From the IMG/VR virus record IMGVR_UViG_3300044568_004364: a stretch of DNA of 64,000 bases; one strand, given 5' to 3'. The DNA comes from a virus. A program made the translations under genes and the position numbers. Shown piece after piece: positions 29,924 to 39,460 of the stretch. Positions within the stretch are counted from its first letter, which is position 1. Each line of letters opens with the position of its first letter. The notes under the pieces were generated by a model that was given only the letters and a program-made list of their open reading frames with translations, was not told where the DNA came from and made no database searches.

Positions 29924-30844
29924 TTATGAGCGGAAAAATGACTCTAGGATATGAGCAATAGCGTCATCTTTGGCTTTGAGTTCCACTTCCCAAGTAACAT
30001 CGGAGTGCTGCGCGACCACATGTGGCAGATGAGTTGCATAGTCTGCATGACTACGAGTACTGCCAATACCTTCACTCCAATGGAAGACGGGTGTATGTCC
30101 ACGCCATGTCTTTCTAAAGCGTGCAGCATTTTCCACAGGATCGGATGATGAATTACAAACATCATGCAGGTTATCATATACGAGTGGTATCTTATCTCCA
30201 AAGTTTTCGTATAGTGCATCACAATTCCAATATGCCTTATCCTCGTTTTCTAGGACCAGCCGATTGCGTACACCTTCGTTGCATTGACCTAGGTTGGCGC
30301 AAAAGCGCGAGACATATTCATCTAGCGTTTCGCGACGTTCTTCAGGAGTCTTGTTTAAATGCAAACACATTGGAGAACTGTAGTCGTGTGCAGCACCCAT
30401 CATGTCGAGTACTGCGCTCTGATGATTTAGTTCTAGTATGGTACGGCGTACAACATCAGGATTATAGCTTACAAGTACATTAAATTGGTCAGGATGAGAA
30501 CTTAAGGTAATATCATTCGCACGTGCATAGTCGCCGGCGGCACTTAGGTTTGCGGAGATAGTGTCAAAGTTATGCAGGTCCGTGTATGATAATTCCAGTG
30601 TAGAGTCAGTGACCAACGGGAATAGAGAACTGCTAACACGATAGTGCCGTGCTCCTGCCGCATGTGCTGCACGCAATGTTTGTAGGACATGCCGTGAATT
30701 GTGTAGGATGCGCTCCGATAGTACTTCAATACTCTTTTCTCTAGAGTTGCTTAAAAAGCTTTTGCGAGTCATTGTTTTGGCAGCAACTTTTTGTTTTGCC
30801 AACCGTGCGCTAATACAAACCAATCCTAGTCGAGGTATCTTCAT
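29924..30844 (-). CDS. uvsE: UV damage endonuclease (UvsE/UvdE family)
   Basis: RLGLVC, YRVSS.LFP, SHPDQFNVL, LVLENED, PLVYDNLH, HWSE, HADY, EVELKAKD. Confidence 0.92.
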   Translation of the reverse strand: MKIPRLGLVCISARLAKQKVAAKTMTRKSFLSNSREKSIEVLSERILHNSRHVLQTLRAAHAAGARHYRVSSSLFPLVTDSTLELSYTDLHNFDTISANLSAAGDYARANDITLSSHPDQFNVLVSYNPDVVRRTILELNHQSAVLDMMGAAHDYSSPMCLHLNKTPEERRETLDEYVSRFCANLGQCNEGVRNRLVLENEDKAYWNCDALYENFGDKIPLVYDNLHDVCNSSSDPVENAARFRKTWRGHTPVFHWSEGIGSTRSHADYATHLPHVVAQHSDVTWEVELKAKDDAIAHILESFFRS

Positions 30845-30849
30845 AATTA

Positions 30850-30878
30850 ATTATATACTATAAATGTCACTTTGTAAA
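30850..30878 (-). promoter_or_regulatory. Sigma70-type promoter, 5 nt upstream of the uvsE ATG
   Basis: TTTACA-N17-TATAAT. Confidence 0.75.
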
Positions 30879-30879
30879 T

Positions 30880-30912
30880 AAAAAAAGCCAGAGAAAAACT
30901 CCTCTGGCTTTT
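30880..30912 (-). terminator. Intrinsic terminator
   Basis: aaaagccagag/ctctggctttt inverted repeat with T-run. Confidence 0.75.
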
Positions 30913-30933
30913 GAGCTGTTTTAGTCCCGATCT

Positions 30934-31152
30934 TTATCGACCTTCAATAAATGCATAGAGCGCATTTGCTCTAACAATAATTTCTTGCGGATCTGGCAAT
31001 GTAAGATCAATTTTTGAAATATCTCGATTGCCGTTTTCGTCACATGGAATTGACTCTCGGTGTGATTGCAGTGACTCATGATAGCGAGTCATAATATCAC
31101 CGTGTGCGAGTCCTAGTAATTCCAGTCGTATTTCGTATGCGTTTTTGTTCAT
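30934..31152 (-). CDS. Conserved small T4-like phage hypothetical protein
   Basis: MNKNAYEIRLELL...P..QEII.RA..LY.FI. Confidence 0.7.
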   Translation of the reverse strand: MNKNAYEIRLELLGLAHGDIMTRYHESLQSHRESIPCDENGNRDISKIDLTLPDPQEIIVRANALYAFIEGR

Positions 31153-31219
31153 GTTTTTTCTGTGTCTGTGTTGTTTTTGTTCCGATGGACAACTGCGTCC
31201 ATCAAATTTATATATACAC

Positions 31220-31256
31220 AAAAAGTCTGCAAAGTATAAACATCTGCAGACTTTTG
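31220..31256. terminator. Bidirectional hairpin terminator
   Basis: caaaaagtctgca...tgcagacttttg. Confidence 0.6.
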
Positions 31257-31276
31257 CATTTTATAGAATGTAATAT

Positions 31277-31699
31277 TTACTTTTGTGCGCCGTACCATGC
31301 GCCCAATGCCATGCGGATGCGTTCTTTTTTGCTCTTGCCGTCAAACATTGGATTTTTGCTGTCAATGAAGTCTCTGATCCAAACTCCAGCATCGTCTGAT
31401 GGGTCCAGTGCTTCTGTTACACTGCCACCGCCGTCTTCTTTAGAGTCATGTGAGCTCATGAATTGTGCAACGTCAACAAGCATGTCTGCCGCAACAGCTA
31501 CTTCCGATTGCGCCCATTCAGGAAACTCTTTTCCACTTTGACTAAGCTCAAGACAAGCTTGTGCATTGCGTACTATAGTCTTAAGCTGATTTTCAATCAT
31601 CTTGGAGTCATAATAGTTTTCTTCTTGTAGTGACCCGTTTAGGATTGCAGTCGCAGCGCTTAGCAATCCGTCATTTAAGTTTTGTCCAAATGATTTCAT
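31277..31699 (-). CDS. Hypothetical, probable internal head protein
   Basis: Start MKSF...LLSAATAIL..LQE; C-terminal WIRDFIDSKNPMFDGKSKKERIRMALGA. Confidence 0.65.
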   Translation of the reverse strand: MKSFGQNLNDGLLSAATAILNGSLQEENYYDSKMIENQLKTIVRNAQACLELSQSGKEFPEWAQSEVAVAADMLVDVAQFMSSHDSKEDGGGSVTEALDPSDDAGVWIRDFIDSKNPMFDGKSKKERIRMALGAWYGAQK

Positions 31700-31706
31700 A
31701 TTTTTA

Positions 31707-32975
31707 TTATTCTTCGATTGCGATTTCCATTTCAATGCCTTCCCAAAGGCTAATAACTTTACCAAGATATTTTTCCATCTCTGCAAAATCTTTTTTATAG
31801 CCTTCACCAAATTCTGCAATAATGGATTTTGCAAGATTTGAATTTGGAGAGAAATAACGCTCGCATTTCATTAAAGAAGCAACTGCTTCTTTATATCCTG
31901 CGCTAATTGCATACTTTTCTTTTATTTCATGTCCAGGACAGAAGCTTTCTTTATATTCCAAGTAATGATCAAAGCTCGTCGGAGTATACTTTACTCCTAC
32001 CCCAGCCAGCCTTCCTTTTAGTGAACTTAAATCAAATTTTCTTTTTCCGAGTACATCAAGAACTGCTTTAAAGTATTTCTTATATCCATTTCCCACGGTT
32101 CTATATGAATTTTTCCCGTGGTAATTATTAACAACGTATGTTGCTAATGATTGTGTTGTTTTTTTATTGATAGCGGCAATTTCGTCTTCCAATGATTTTT
32201 CTTCAAGAGTCTCTTCAGATGTTGACTCTAACTTTTCTTTGATTGGTGCCATTCTTTGATACTTGTCAGTATTTGGATATTTGCTACGAACAATTTCAAT
32301 TGCTTTTTGCGCAATCATTTTTGTTTCTTTAGCACCATTTGGCTTCATGACTGCATCATACATTTTTTCCAGCAGTTTATAAATTTCTGGATAACGCTTA
32401 TGGATTTCCTCGCGAGACACACGGAAGGATATGTTTGTAACATCAGTAAGTTTATTATCGGGGAGGTCAATAATGCTTTGTAATTCGTCAATAAGTACAG
32501 CTGGTGTTAATGACTTATAACCACGAGCTTCATTTAATTTAGTGAGCGCGCTCAACACAAAATCGGAACTGCCAATCTTTCGTTGATTAAATGTGATCTT
32601 TGTCTTTGGCAAGTCTTTTGCTTTGAATGTAATACTGTTTACGCCAATTTCAAGTACTCTTCCAAAGTTGGTATCATCACCAATGTTGAGAGTTGCTACT
32701 TTCTTTACAATGTCAATTGTATTTTCATTTAGCGGTGCGCCAAGAGCTTTACGTGCTGCTTCTAAAATAGATTCTGTGTTTTCCATATTTGTATTTGATT
32801 CTTTAAATAGGTCAAGACGAAGAGATGTTAGTGGAATAAGACTAGATCCAATACCACGAACGGCAAGACGTCCATCTTTCATCTTAACAACTTTTTCTTT
32901 AAAGGTAAGAGGACCGTTATACCATACAACGATATCGCCAACCGTAAGAGTATTTATATCCTTTACCGCTGTCAT
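31707..32975 (-). CDS. Hypothetical modular protein with many LxE sites (probable internal head protein)
   Basis: 422-aa ORF, TATAAATA 5 nt upstream, LNE/LEE/IKE motifs separating modules. Confidence 0.65.
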   Translation of the reverse strand: MTAVKDINTLTVGDIVVWYNGPLTFKEKVVKMKDGRLAVRGIGSSLIPLTSLRLDLFKESNTNMENTESILEAARKALGAPLNENTIDIVKKVATLNIGDDTNFGRVLEIGVNSITFKAKDLPKTKITFNQRKIGSSDFVLSALTKLNEARGYKSLTPAVLIDELQSIIDLPDNKLTDVTNISFRVSREEIHKRYPEIYKLLEKMYDAVMKPNGAKETKMIAQKAIEIVRSKYPNTDKYQRMAPIKEKLESTSEETLEEKSLEDEIAAINKKTTQSLATYVVNNYHGKNSYRTVGNGYKKYFKAVLDVLGKRKFDLSSLKGRLAGVGVKYTPTSFDHYLEYKESFCPGHEIKEKYAISAGYKEAVASLMKCERYFSPNSNLAKSIIAEFGEGYKKDFAEMEKYLGKVISLWEGIEMEIAIEE

Positions 32976-32983
32976 AAATCTAT

Positions 32984-33679
32984 TTATACTTTCTCATATT
33001 CAAAGAGTTCTGAAATATCAAGTATGCGACTAATCACGCCATTTCGCGGCATGCTTGCACGACAATGAAAGTGTCCACAGTAGTGTCGCTTAGCACCACA
33101 CTTCAATAGTAACTCGTCCACCTGCTTGCGCTCAACTTTTAACTCGTCCCATAGTGTAGGATCACGGTCAATAACCCATTGTATGCCATTCTTGTCTTGT
33201 GGACCAACCCAAGTTGGAGCGGTATGCGTGATAAGTACATCACACTCTGTTACTAGGTCTTCATCATAAGTCAATCTTTCACCGCTCCACCAACTACGAC
33301 CTGGGACTCGTTGCACGCGATCAATGCTAACCGCGCCACCTACAAACAAGAAGCATTCATCATTAATATTTAGCGTGCTATAGTCAGGCAATAACTTTAA
33401 GTTGTCATAAAGATGATCGCCGTTAAAATAACTAGGATCATCATGGTTGCCGCGTATAGCATACATCACAATGCCACGATTACTTAGCTCAGAGTCAATC
33501 ACACTCAACGATTTGCATTCGACTTTAGGATCCTCTCTAAAGCCAACACCAACATCTCCAACGTGTAATATAACAGCATCACGCAAACTTATGCGATCAA
33601 ACAAATGAAAGAGGCTACTCCACTCACCATGAGTGTCGCCAAGTAATAATAATCGGTCTGTCTTTATATTCGTATTCAT
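32984..33679 (-). CDS. Calcineurin-like metallophosphoesterase
   Basis: GDTHG, GDVG, RGNHD, LITHTAP, CGHFH. Confidence 0.92.
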   Translation of the reverse strand: MNTNIKTDRLLLLGDTHGEWSSLFHLFDRISLRDAVILHVGDVGVGFREDPKVECKSLSVIDSELSNRGIVMYAIRGNHDDPSYFNGDHLYDNLKLLPDYSTLNINDECFLFVGGAVSIDRVQRVPGRSWWSGERLTYDEDLVTECDVLITHTAPTWVGPQDKNGIQWVIDRDPTLWDELKVERKQVDELLLKCGAKRHYCGHFHCRASMPRNGVISRILDISELFEYEKV

Positions 33680-33702
33680 AATCTTGTAGTTCTACATTTT
33701 CT

Positions 33703-33843
33703 TCAATAGTCATAAGCATATTCTAACACCTGCGCACGAACAGGGTTCCCAACAGAGTCCTCAACAGAGTCCTCAACAGAGTCCCCAACAGAGTTCCAAA
33801 CAGAGTTCCTAACAGAGTTCAATATTTTTTCTTCGGTAATCAT
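33703..33843 (-). CDS. 46-aa protein with (N/D)SVx tetrapeptide repeats
   Basis: MITEEKILNSVRNSVWNSVGDSVEDSVEDSVGNPVRAQVLEYAYDY*; explains the 12-bp tandem repeat at about 33745-33820. Confidence 0.6.
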   Translation of the reverse strand: MITEEKILNSVRNSVWNSVGDSVEDSVEDSVGNPVRAQVLEYAYDY

Positions 33844-33853
33844 AATAAAAAAT

Positions 33854-33933
33854 TGGCGCCCTGAAGAGGACTCGAACCTCCATTGACTCCGATTACGGTA
33901 CTACTGCTTAGAAGGCAGTTCCGGTATCAGGGC
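33854..33933 (-). tRNA. Atypical tRNA-Arg(TCT) lacking a normal D-arm, with a long variable region
   Basis: Acceptor GCCCTGA/TCAGGGC-G-CCA; anticodon arm ACTGC-CTTCTAA-GCAGT; T-arm GGAGG-TTCGAGT-CCTCT. Confidence 0.7.
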
Positions 33934-33938
33934 AAAAT

Positions 33939-34025
33939 TGGTACCAATGGTGGGACTCGAACCCACACGCCCATAAGGACAACGGATTTTAAATCCGCGA
34001 CGTCTACCAATTCCGCCACATTGGC
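33939..34025 (-). tRNA. tRNA-Leu(TAA)
   Basis: Cloverleaf with long variable arm and CCA. Confidence 0.92.
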
Positions 34026-34036
34026 ATGTGTTTTAT

Positions 34037-34282
34037 TTATAGCGACTTTAGCAACTCTACAATGAAAAGATCCGTTTCTGTTGCATCACGTTTAAGTTCA
34101 TCGGTTGACCATGTATGAGAACTAGTATATGTCTGTGTAACATATACTTTGTCATCACTAATAAAGTGTGAACAACTCCAATCATAACCACATTTTTTAA
34201 GTGCAGTATAAAATGATTCACGAGCAATTCGCATTCGTTCAGACTCTCCAATTTCAACAATTATTTCTCCTTTAATTTTCAT
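34037..34282 (-). CDS. Hypothetical protein
   Basis: 81-aa ORF in the operon. Confidence 0.6.
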   Translation of the reverse strand: MKIKGEIIVEIGESERMRIARESFYTALKKCGYDWSCSHFISDDKVYVTQTYTSSHTWSTDELKRDATETDLFIVELLKSL

Positions 34283-34288
34283 AATCTT

Positions 34289-34681
34289 TTATTCACATTT
34301 ACGTCCAACATAATCGCCTACAAATGTAGGAGAATCGCCATCATCAAATTCCAATATACGCTCACCAGCGTTTAGCTGTAATGGCAGTGCAGCCGCATCT
34401 TTCAGCGACATTTTCTTTGCACGCTTAGCGGCACGAGGCGCTTTTTTAGCAGCTCTTTCATTTCGCTTAGCTACCGCTGCTTTGAGTCGTTCAAGGTGTG
34501 CTGCTTTCTTAAGCTTAACTCCTTTGACCTTTGCTGCTTTTTTAGCAGCTCTTTCATTTCGCTTGGTTACAGCTGCTTTAAGGCGTTCACGACGTGCTGC
34601 TTTTTTAATTGCAATTGCCTTCTTTTTTTCGAGCTGTTCTGCCTTACGAGCAGCAGCTGTTTTTGATTTGATTTCCTTCAT
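34289..34681 (-). CDS. Highly basic Lys/Ala/Arg-rich (histone-like) protein
   Basis: Duplicated ERLKAAVxKRNERAAKKA; downstream of an early promoter. Confidence 0.7.
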   Translation of the reverse strand: MKEIKSKTAAARKAEQLEKKKAIAIKKAARRERLKAAVTKRNERAAKKAAKVKGVKLKKAAHLERLKAAVAKRNERAAKKAPRAAKRAKKMSLKDAAALPLQLNAGERILEFDDGDSPTFVGDYVGRKCE

Positions 34682-34699
34682 AGTATTGGTTACGTGATT

Positions 34700-34728
34700 A
34701 TTATACACTAAAAAAGCACACTTGTAAA
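34700..34728 (-). promoter_or_regulatory. Sigma70-type early promoter
   Basis: TTTACA-N17-(TG)TATAAT. Confidence 0.8.
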
Positions 34729-34754
34729 ACTAAAAATGAAGAAAAATGCATTTT

Positions 34755-36494
34755 TTATGATTTTTTTACGATTCGATCCATAAATGATGGTGAAAATAAG
34801 GTCTTATTGCTGCTGATAAACCCTTCGGCACGGCTGTCAAGAATGTATGTTATGCTCCAATCATCAGCGGAACGTGTTGTTCGTCCGCATGCTTGCTCGA
34901 GTGTTGATGCAGCTTCTCCTACATAAACATGATATGCAGTTTCATACCGCTTAGCGTTTAATGCACTACCCATGCTAGGATACGATATTTTCACGATGAT
35001 GTTAAAGCGCGCAGCATCACCTGATAGGTCAATTCCTGTTGTCAAGCTAGGTCCAATAAGAACCGCATCAGGCGCGCTATTATCCCAATCACTAAGTATG
35101 CTCATCTTTTCAACGGTGCCACGATATGGTACAAGCCTAAAGTAATGTCGTGATTCACGTGCGATCCTATCCATAATAACATTACTTGTGGTGTGTATAC
35201 AACCGCGTACACCTTTGTGTTCATCAAGTATACGATCAATCTCAGCAATGCATGCAGCCAATCCTTCATCCTGATTCTTATATGTTAGGTTAGCAACATC
35301 AAGACATACAATTGGACTGCGGCGACGATCCCAAGCGCTAGGTAAATTAAACACAACACTCTTTTCCTGTTCGCAGCCAAACCGCTGTATAAGCAGATGA
35401 GGTTGTAAGGTAGCGGACATATAGATTCTTACCTTGGAAAATTTCTTAAAGTGTCGCTGAAATAAGTGCGCATCATTAAGGTTATGATAACGCATTGCAC
35501 CATCTTGCGAACCGTCAACCACCATGCAATCATCGCCTGCTTCACTTATGATAGCTATATAATCTTCTACTTTACAATGGCGATCTTTAACGCCATCGCC
35601 CAATCGGAATAGCATTTTCACTTCACGCGGCAGCTTGTTCATTTGTTTTTTAAGCTTAGCAACATCTGCTTCATCAGCATCAAATAGTCGTGATATTGTA
35701 CCACCAATAAGTGTCGTTATTTGTTTCTTTAGCTCGCGTAATGAGCCTTCATATTCTGTTAATGCTTTTAAGTGAGCCTGTTTATCTTGACTGTTAGAGA
35801 GTCTAAATACCTTTCGTATTGCAGCTTCAACATCACGATATTGTATTTCTTCATAGTGAGCTGCAGACAGCATCATGTTTGTATTGCGCAGCCGCTCGAT
35901 ATAATCTAGCTCGACAGTGCATGCAAAATGATCTTCAATAATGTCAGGCAGCTTATGCGCTTCATCGCATATTACAAGATCACGTGGATGAAATGGTGGA
36001 TTAGCTCCAGATTCGCTCATCTTCTCGTAAACATAATTCATTTGCAGCAAGTAATAGCTGTAGTTAAAGATTGCGCGTGGACTCGCTTGTGCCGCAAGCC
36101 AACGCTGTAGGTATTCACAATTCTTTGCACACGGCATGCTTAGCGCCTCGCTGTTTGTCTTGCGCATAATCTTACACAATCCTAATGAGAACTTTTCGCC
36201 ATTCACGTGGCACTTATATGTATCAACGCCACAAACACTGGCAGCATCTCCATGAACATCACTATACTTTATGGTGTCTTCTTCATATTGTGCTTGCAGT
36301 GATTTTTCACTTGTCAATAAGTATGACAGCATGTTATGTTCTTGTGCTGCTCTCTTTGCGGTTTCTAGTGCAAGCAATCCTTTGCCACTACCTGTAGGTG
36401 CGCAAATAAAAATGTCGGTCTTGCCTTTGGCTATTGCGTCAAAGATTGCCTCAACTGTTGCAAGCTGCAACGGGCGGTATTCGAGTTTATGCAT
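34755..36494 (-). CDS. DinG/XPD-family SF2 helicase
   Basis: APTGSGK, Cys cluster, NYSYY, DEAH, MSATL, GIDL.GD, QACGR..RSADD. Confidence 0.9.
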   Translation of the reverse strand: MHKLEYRPLQLATVEAIFDAIAKGKTDIFICAPTGSGKGLLALETAKRAAQEHNMLSYLLTSEKSLQAQYEEDTIKYSDVHGDAASVCGVDTYKCHVNGEKFSLGLCKIMRKTNSEALSMPCAKNCEYLQRWLAAQASPRAIFNYSYYLLQMNYVYEKMSESGANPPFHPRDLVICDEAHKLPDIIEDHFACTVELDYIERLRNTNMMLSAAHYEEIQYRDVEAAIRKVFRLSNSQDKQAHLKALTEYEGSLRELKKQITTLIGGTISRLFDADEADVAKLKKQMNKLPREVKMLFRLGDGVKDRHCKVEDYIAIISEAGDDCMVVDGSQDGAMRYHNLNDAHLFQRHFKKFSKVRIYMSATLQPHLLIQRFGCEQEKSVVFNLPSAWDRRRSPIVCLDVANLTYKNQDEGLAACIAEIDRILDEHKGVRGCIHTTSNVIMDRIARESRHYFRLVPYRGTVEKMSILSDWDNSAPDAVLIGPSLTTGIDLSGDAARFNIIVKISYPSMGSALNAKRYETAYHVYVGEAASTLEQACGRTTRSADDWSITYILDSRAEGFISSNKTLFSPSFMDRIVKKS

Positions 36495-36500
36495 AAAATT

Positions 36501-36528
36501 ATTATAACATAAACTAGAAGAATGTAAA
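36501..36528 (-). promoter_or_regulatory. Sigma70-type promoter, 6 nt upstream of the helicase ATG
   Basis: TTTACA-N16-TATAAT. Confidence 0.65.
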
Positions 36529-36536
36529 TAAAAAAG

Positions 36537-36818
36537 TTACTTTTCGTGCAAGATATCAATAATACGCTTTTCTTCAGCCTTTAATGTTTCATATTCAACT
36601 CCTAGTTTTTTAGAGTCGGTATTAACTTTAAAAATACCATTGCTTGTCTCAAAGCCACCGCGATCTTCAATTTGAGATACGAGTTCTTTAAGACGTAGTT
36701 TAATCTTAACCAATCGTGAACCATATTCGCGCTTATCGGCGCTGTCTAGCGATTCGTTAATCATAGTGATTTCTTCAGGCGTAAAATAACTCCAAGATTT
36801 AGTAGATGACTCGCTCAT
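36537..36818 (-). CDS. Hypothetical protein
   Basis: 93-aa ORF; AATAAATA late-promoter-like site 7 nt upstream. Confidence 0.6.
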   Translation of the reverse strand: MSESSTKSWSYFTPEEITMINESLDSADKREYGSRLVKIKLRLKELVSQIEDRGGFETSNGIFKVNTDSKKLGVEYETLKAEEKRIIDILHEK

Positions 36819-36828
36819 ACCATATTAT

Positions 36829-38298
36829 TTATTTTATTTTCATGCCAACTCGCACTGCATCAAACAGCGCAGTTGTATCTTTAAAGCTGCTTGGCACACC
36901 TTTTTTAAATGTTGCCATATCATTTGCTTTTGCAGCATCTCGCAATTTTGTTGAACTCATACCTGTTGCATCATCAGAGTCAGGATCGCGTTCAGTGTTA
37001 CTTACAACAGTAATACCGTCAACAAAATGATACTTATTGCTGCCGTTATAACGATTTAGGAGTTCTGTAAATCCTTCAACACGGTCACTGCCACATACAA
37101 GTGTTAATGCAGTATAACCTTTCTTATGTAGGTATACCACAGCATTAAGAACTGTTTTGATGTTAGGATCCTCTACAATATTCTTTGCATACTTTGGAAA
37201 AATCTTACGTAAAAAATCCATCTTAACTTCATAAGGCAACGGATTCTTTTTGGGATCTTGTGTTTGTGAAGAAAAGATTAGAAACTTTCGTCCAGCAGCA
37301 ACCTGCTCTAGTTTCTTAAAGAGGCTTTCGTGTCCAGTATTTGGTGGCTGAAAACGTCCAAACACCATTACTATTTCTTTCTTTTGTGCTTCAGCCAAAC
37401 GATCTTTAACCTTACTTGCTTTGAATGCTGGAGTAGTTACTTTAATATCTCTCCCGTTTATGGTAAGTACCAATCCTTCAATTTCAGGACCTAGCTTAAA
37501 CTTATCAAGGATTGACTCGTGATCCAATATGTATTCTGCAACTTCATCTTTAACACTCTGTATAATTGCACGTAGGTTTGCCTTAGCTTCACGATCATCT
37601 CGCTTAAGCGATTTTAGAGTCTCTTTAGCTTCTTTGCCCAAGCTAAGAATAGGATCAATCATGCCAGAGATATCAATGTCGCCTTTCATTGAAAGCGAAG
37701 GACTCATGACGCGTATGCGTTCATTTGAAGTGGCTATAATATCAGAAAGTATTCTCTCTTCATCTGGATGCGGAGCACCGTTGGAAGAATATACAACAGC
37801 ATGCGGAAATAGTGTTAGGTGCGAGCCCAACTTATTCTTATCATACTTTACAGTTACAAATGTAATACCATCATCATCCAATGCTGCCATCGGATTATAG
37901 AAAATTTCTGTAATAACTTTAACATCATTTGGTACAGCCTTCATTGCAGCCGAACTCATGATGTCATCAAACAAGTTATCATATTGCTGTGCTCTTAGGA
38001 GTGTCTCACCAGATGAGCCGCGTCCTTGTGCATATGTTGAGAATGCGCCACGATCAAAGACTGGTCCGCTGCGTGAACTCTCAAAAAACGGTTTGCCGTT
38101 TGCGTCGCGTCCAAAGCGTGCACCCAATCCATCAATCTTTAATGCAACCTTTAGGTTCTTTAGCTTGCCCCGCATTGCACCTGATATGCTGCGTACAAAT
38201 TCAATAAATTCAAGGTCGTTCATCTTTTGCAGATGCAACATATTTTGACGCGTTGTAGCGACAACCTCTTCAGTTAAGTATCTTTTAAATGATAACAT
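36829..38298 (-). CDS. Fusion of a ligase-like nucleotidyltransferase domain and a cytidyltransferase (HIGH-family) domain
   Basis: N-half LKIDG, TEIF, IEGLVL, IKV (ligase motifs I, III, IV, V); C-half FGRFQPPNTGH, KNPL, GSDRV, MSSTKLR; start MLSFKRYLTEE 1 nt after the upstream stop. Confidence 0.75.
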   Translation of the reverse strand: MLSFKRYLTEEVVATTRQNMLHLQKMNDLEFIEFVRSISGAMRGKLKNLKVALKIDGLGARFGRDANGKPFFESSRSGPVFDRGAFSTYAQGRGSSGETLLRAQQYDNLFDDIMSSAAMKAVPNDVKVITEIFYNPMAALDDDGITFVTVKYDKNKLGSHLTLFPHAVVYSSNGAPHPDEERILSDIIATSNERIRVMSPSLSMKGDIDISGMIDPILSLGKEAKETLKSLKRDDREAKANLRAIIQSVKDEVAEYILDHESILDKFKLGPEIEGLVLTINGRDIKVTTPAFKASKVKDRLAEAQKKEIVMVFGRFQPPNTGHESLFKKLEQVAAGRKFLIFSSQTQDPKKNPLPYEVKMDFLRKIFPKYAKNIVEDPNIKTVLNAVVYLHKKGYTALTLVCGSDRVEGFTELLNRYNGSNKYHFVDGITVVSNTERDPDSDDATGMSSTKLRDAAKANDMATFKKGVPSSFKDTTALFDAVRVGMKIK

Positions 38299-38299
38299 T

Positions 38300-39400
38300 T
38301 TATTTGTATCCTTTGTAATATTCTGCACGCATATCATCAATAGCAGCACGGTCATATTGTGCTCCAATGATTTCGGTAAGTTTTAAGAATGCTGCCATCT
38401 TTTCGGCATTATCTCGTTCAGCATCACCACGATATAATCCTTGTGCGCCTTTTTCAAATAATATATTTGCAAATGCATTGATTAATCGTGTTTGTTCTGC
38501 TGGTGCAATATATTTCTTAATGAGTTCCGCTGCGCCAATAAACGAATCCATCATCTTCATATCCGCATCTGATGGCGTACGCTCAAAGAGTACTTTAAAG
38601 ATAACTTTAAGATCCGTAATATATGTTGATTCACTTGTTGGTATTTCACGATAGACATATAATCCATCCTGCATCATGTGTTTACCTACGCCATCTAGGA
38701 CTGGTGCTATTTTGGTGCGCAATCCATGCTGTACACTAAATGCAAGATCAGATGCTTTAATTTTCGTAGGTGTTTCTTTCTTACCTTTAAGAATGATAAT
38801 ATCACGCAGTGTTTTTGCAGATGCTGCTCTCATAATGTATTTATGAAACACACCTTTAATACCTGCTGTAATATCATTCCATGCAGATGAATGCGAGAAC
38901 ATGCTCCATGCTGTTGGTTTGCCATAAGCAAAGTCAACAAGTTCCATATCTACTTGAATGTTAATGCCAAACTCTGGGAAAGCCCAAAGCGTAATATATT
39001 GCCCCGCGCTTTTCTTAAATCCAATGAGTGAAGCATCACCAAAAGTTTTACCAGTTATGGCTTTAAGAAACTCGCCAAGGTTTTCATCTTGTATCTTATC
39101 AACCTGAGTATCTACATCGCCTACTGTATTCTTATACTTAGTAAATTCGGCTGTAGGAATTGCGCGGTTAAAAAAGTGGAATGCGCTGCCGCTAAGAAAC
39201 TCCTTGCTCTTAAAGAGTTCGCCACTCCATAATGGTAGTCCATACTTTTTCTTGTATGCTTTGTTAACTGCATCTAGTGTGCGGTCAATTTGCACCGTTA
39301 CACTATCACGGTTAATCTTTGTTAGGTCAATGCGATCTGCACCTTGGTCGCCCAACATTAAATTTCCGCCTTCAAGAATATATTGTTTAAATGATTTCAT
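38300..39400 (-). CDS. Pol-beta-superfamily nucleotidyltransferase-like protein
   Basis: LSGS...GDVD...IQVD catalytic pattern; N-terminus MKSFKQYILEGG. Confidence 0.7.
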   Translation of the reverse strand: MKSFKQYILEGGNLMLGDQGADRIDLTKINRDSVTVQIDRTLDAVNKAYKKKYGLPLWSGELFKSKEFLSGSAFHFFNRAIPTAEFTKYKNTVGDVDTQVDKIQDENLGEFLKAITGKTFGDASLIGFKKSAGQYITLWAFPEFGINIQVDMELVDFAYGKPTAWSMFSHSSAWNDITAGIKGVFHKYIMRAASAKTLRDIIILKGKKETPTKIKASDLAFSVQHGLRTKIAPVLDGVGKHMMQDGLYVYREIPTSESTYITDLKVIFKVLFERTPSDADMKMMDSFIGAAELIKKYIAPAEQTRLINAFANILFEKGAQGLYRGDAERDNAEKMAAFLKLTEIIGAQYDRAAIDDMRAEYYKGYK

Positions 39401-39460
39401 GTGATTTTGTAGCCAATAACTTTACTCGTAATAATCTATTTATAATAGATGCAACTTAAA

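Noticed and set aside
33745-33820. 12-bp tandem repeats as a CRISPR array or iterons
   Set aside because: No spacers; they encode in-frame (N/D)SVx tetrapeptide repeats of a small ORF.
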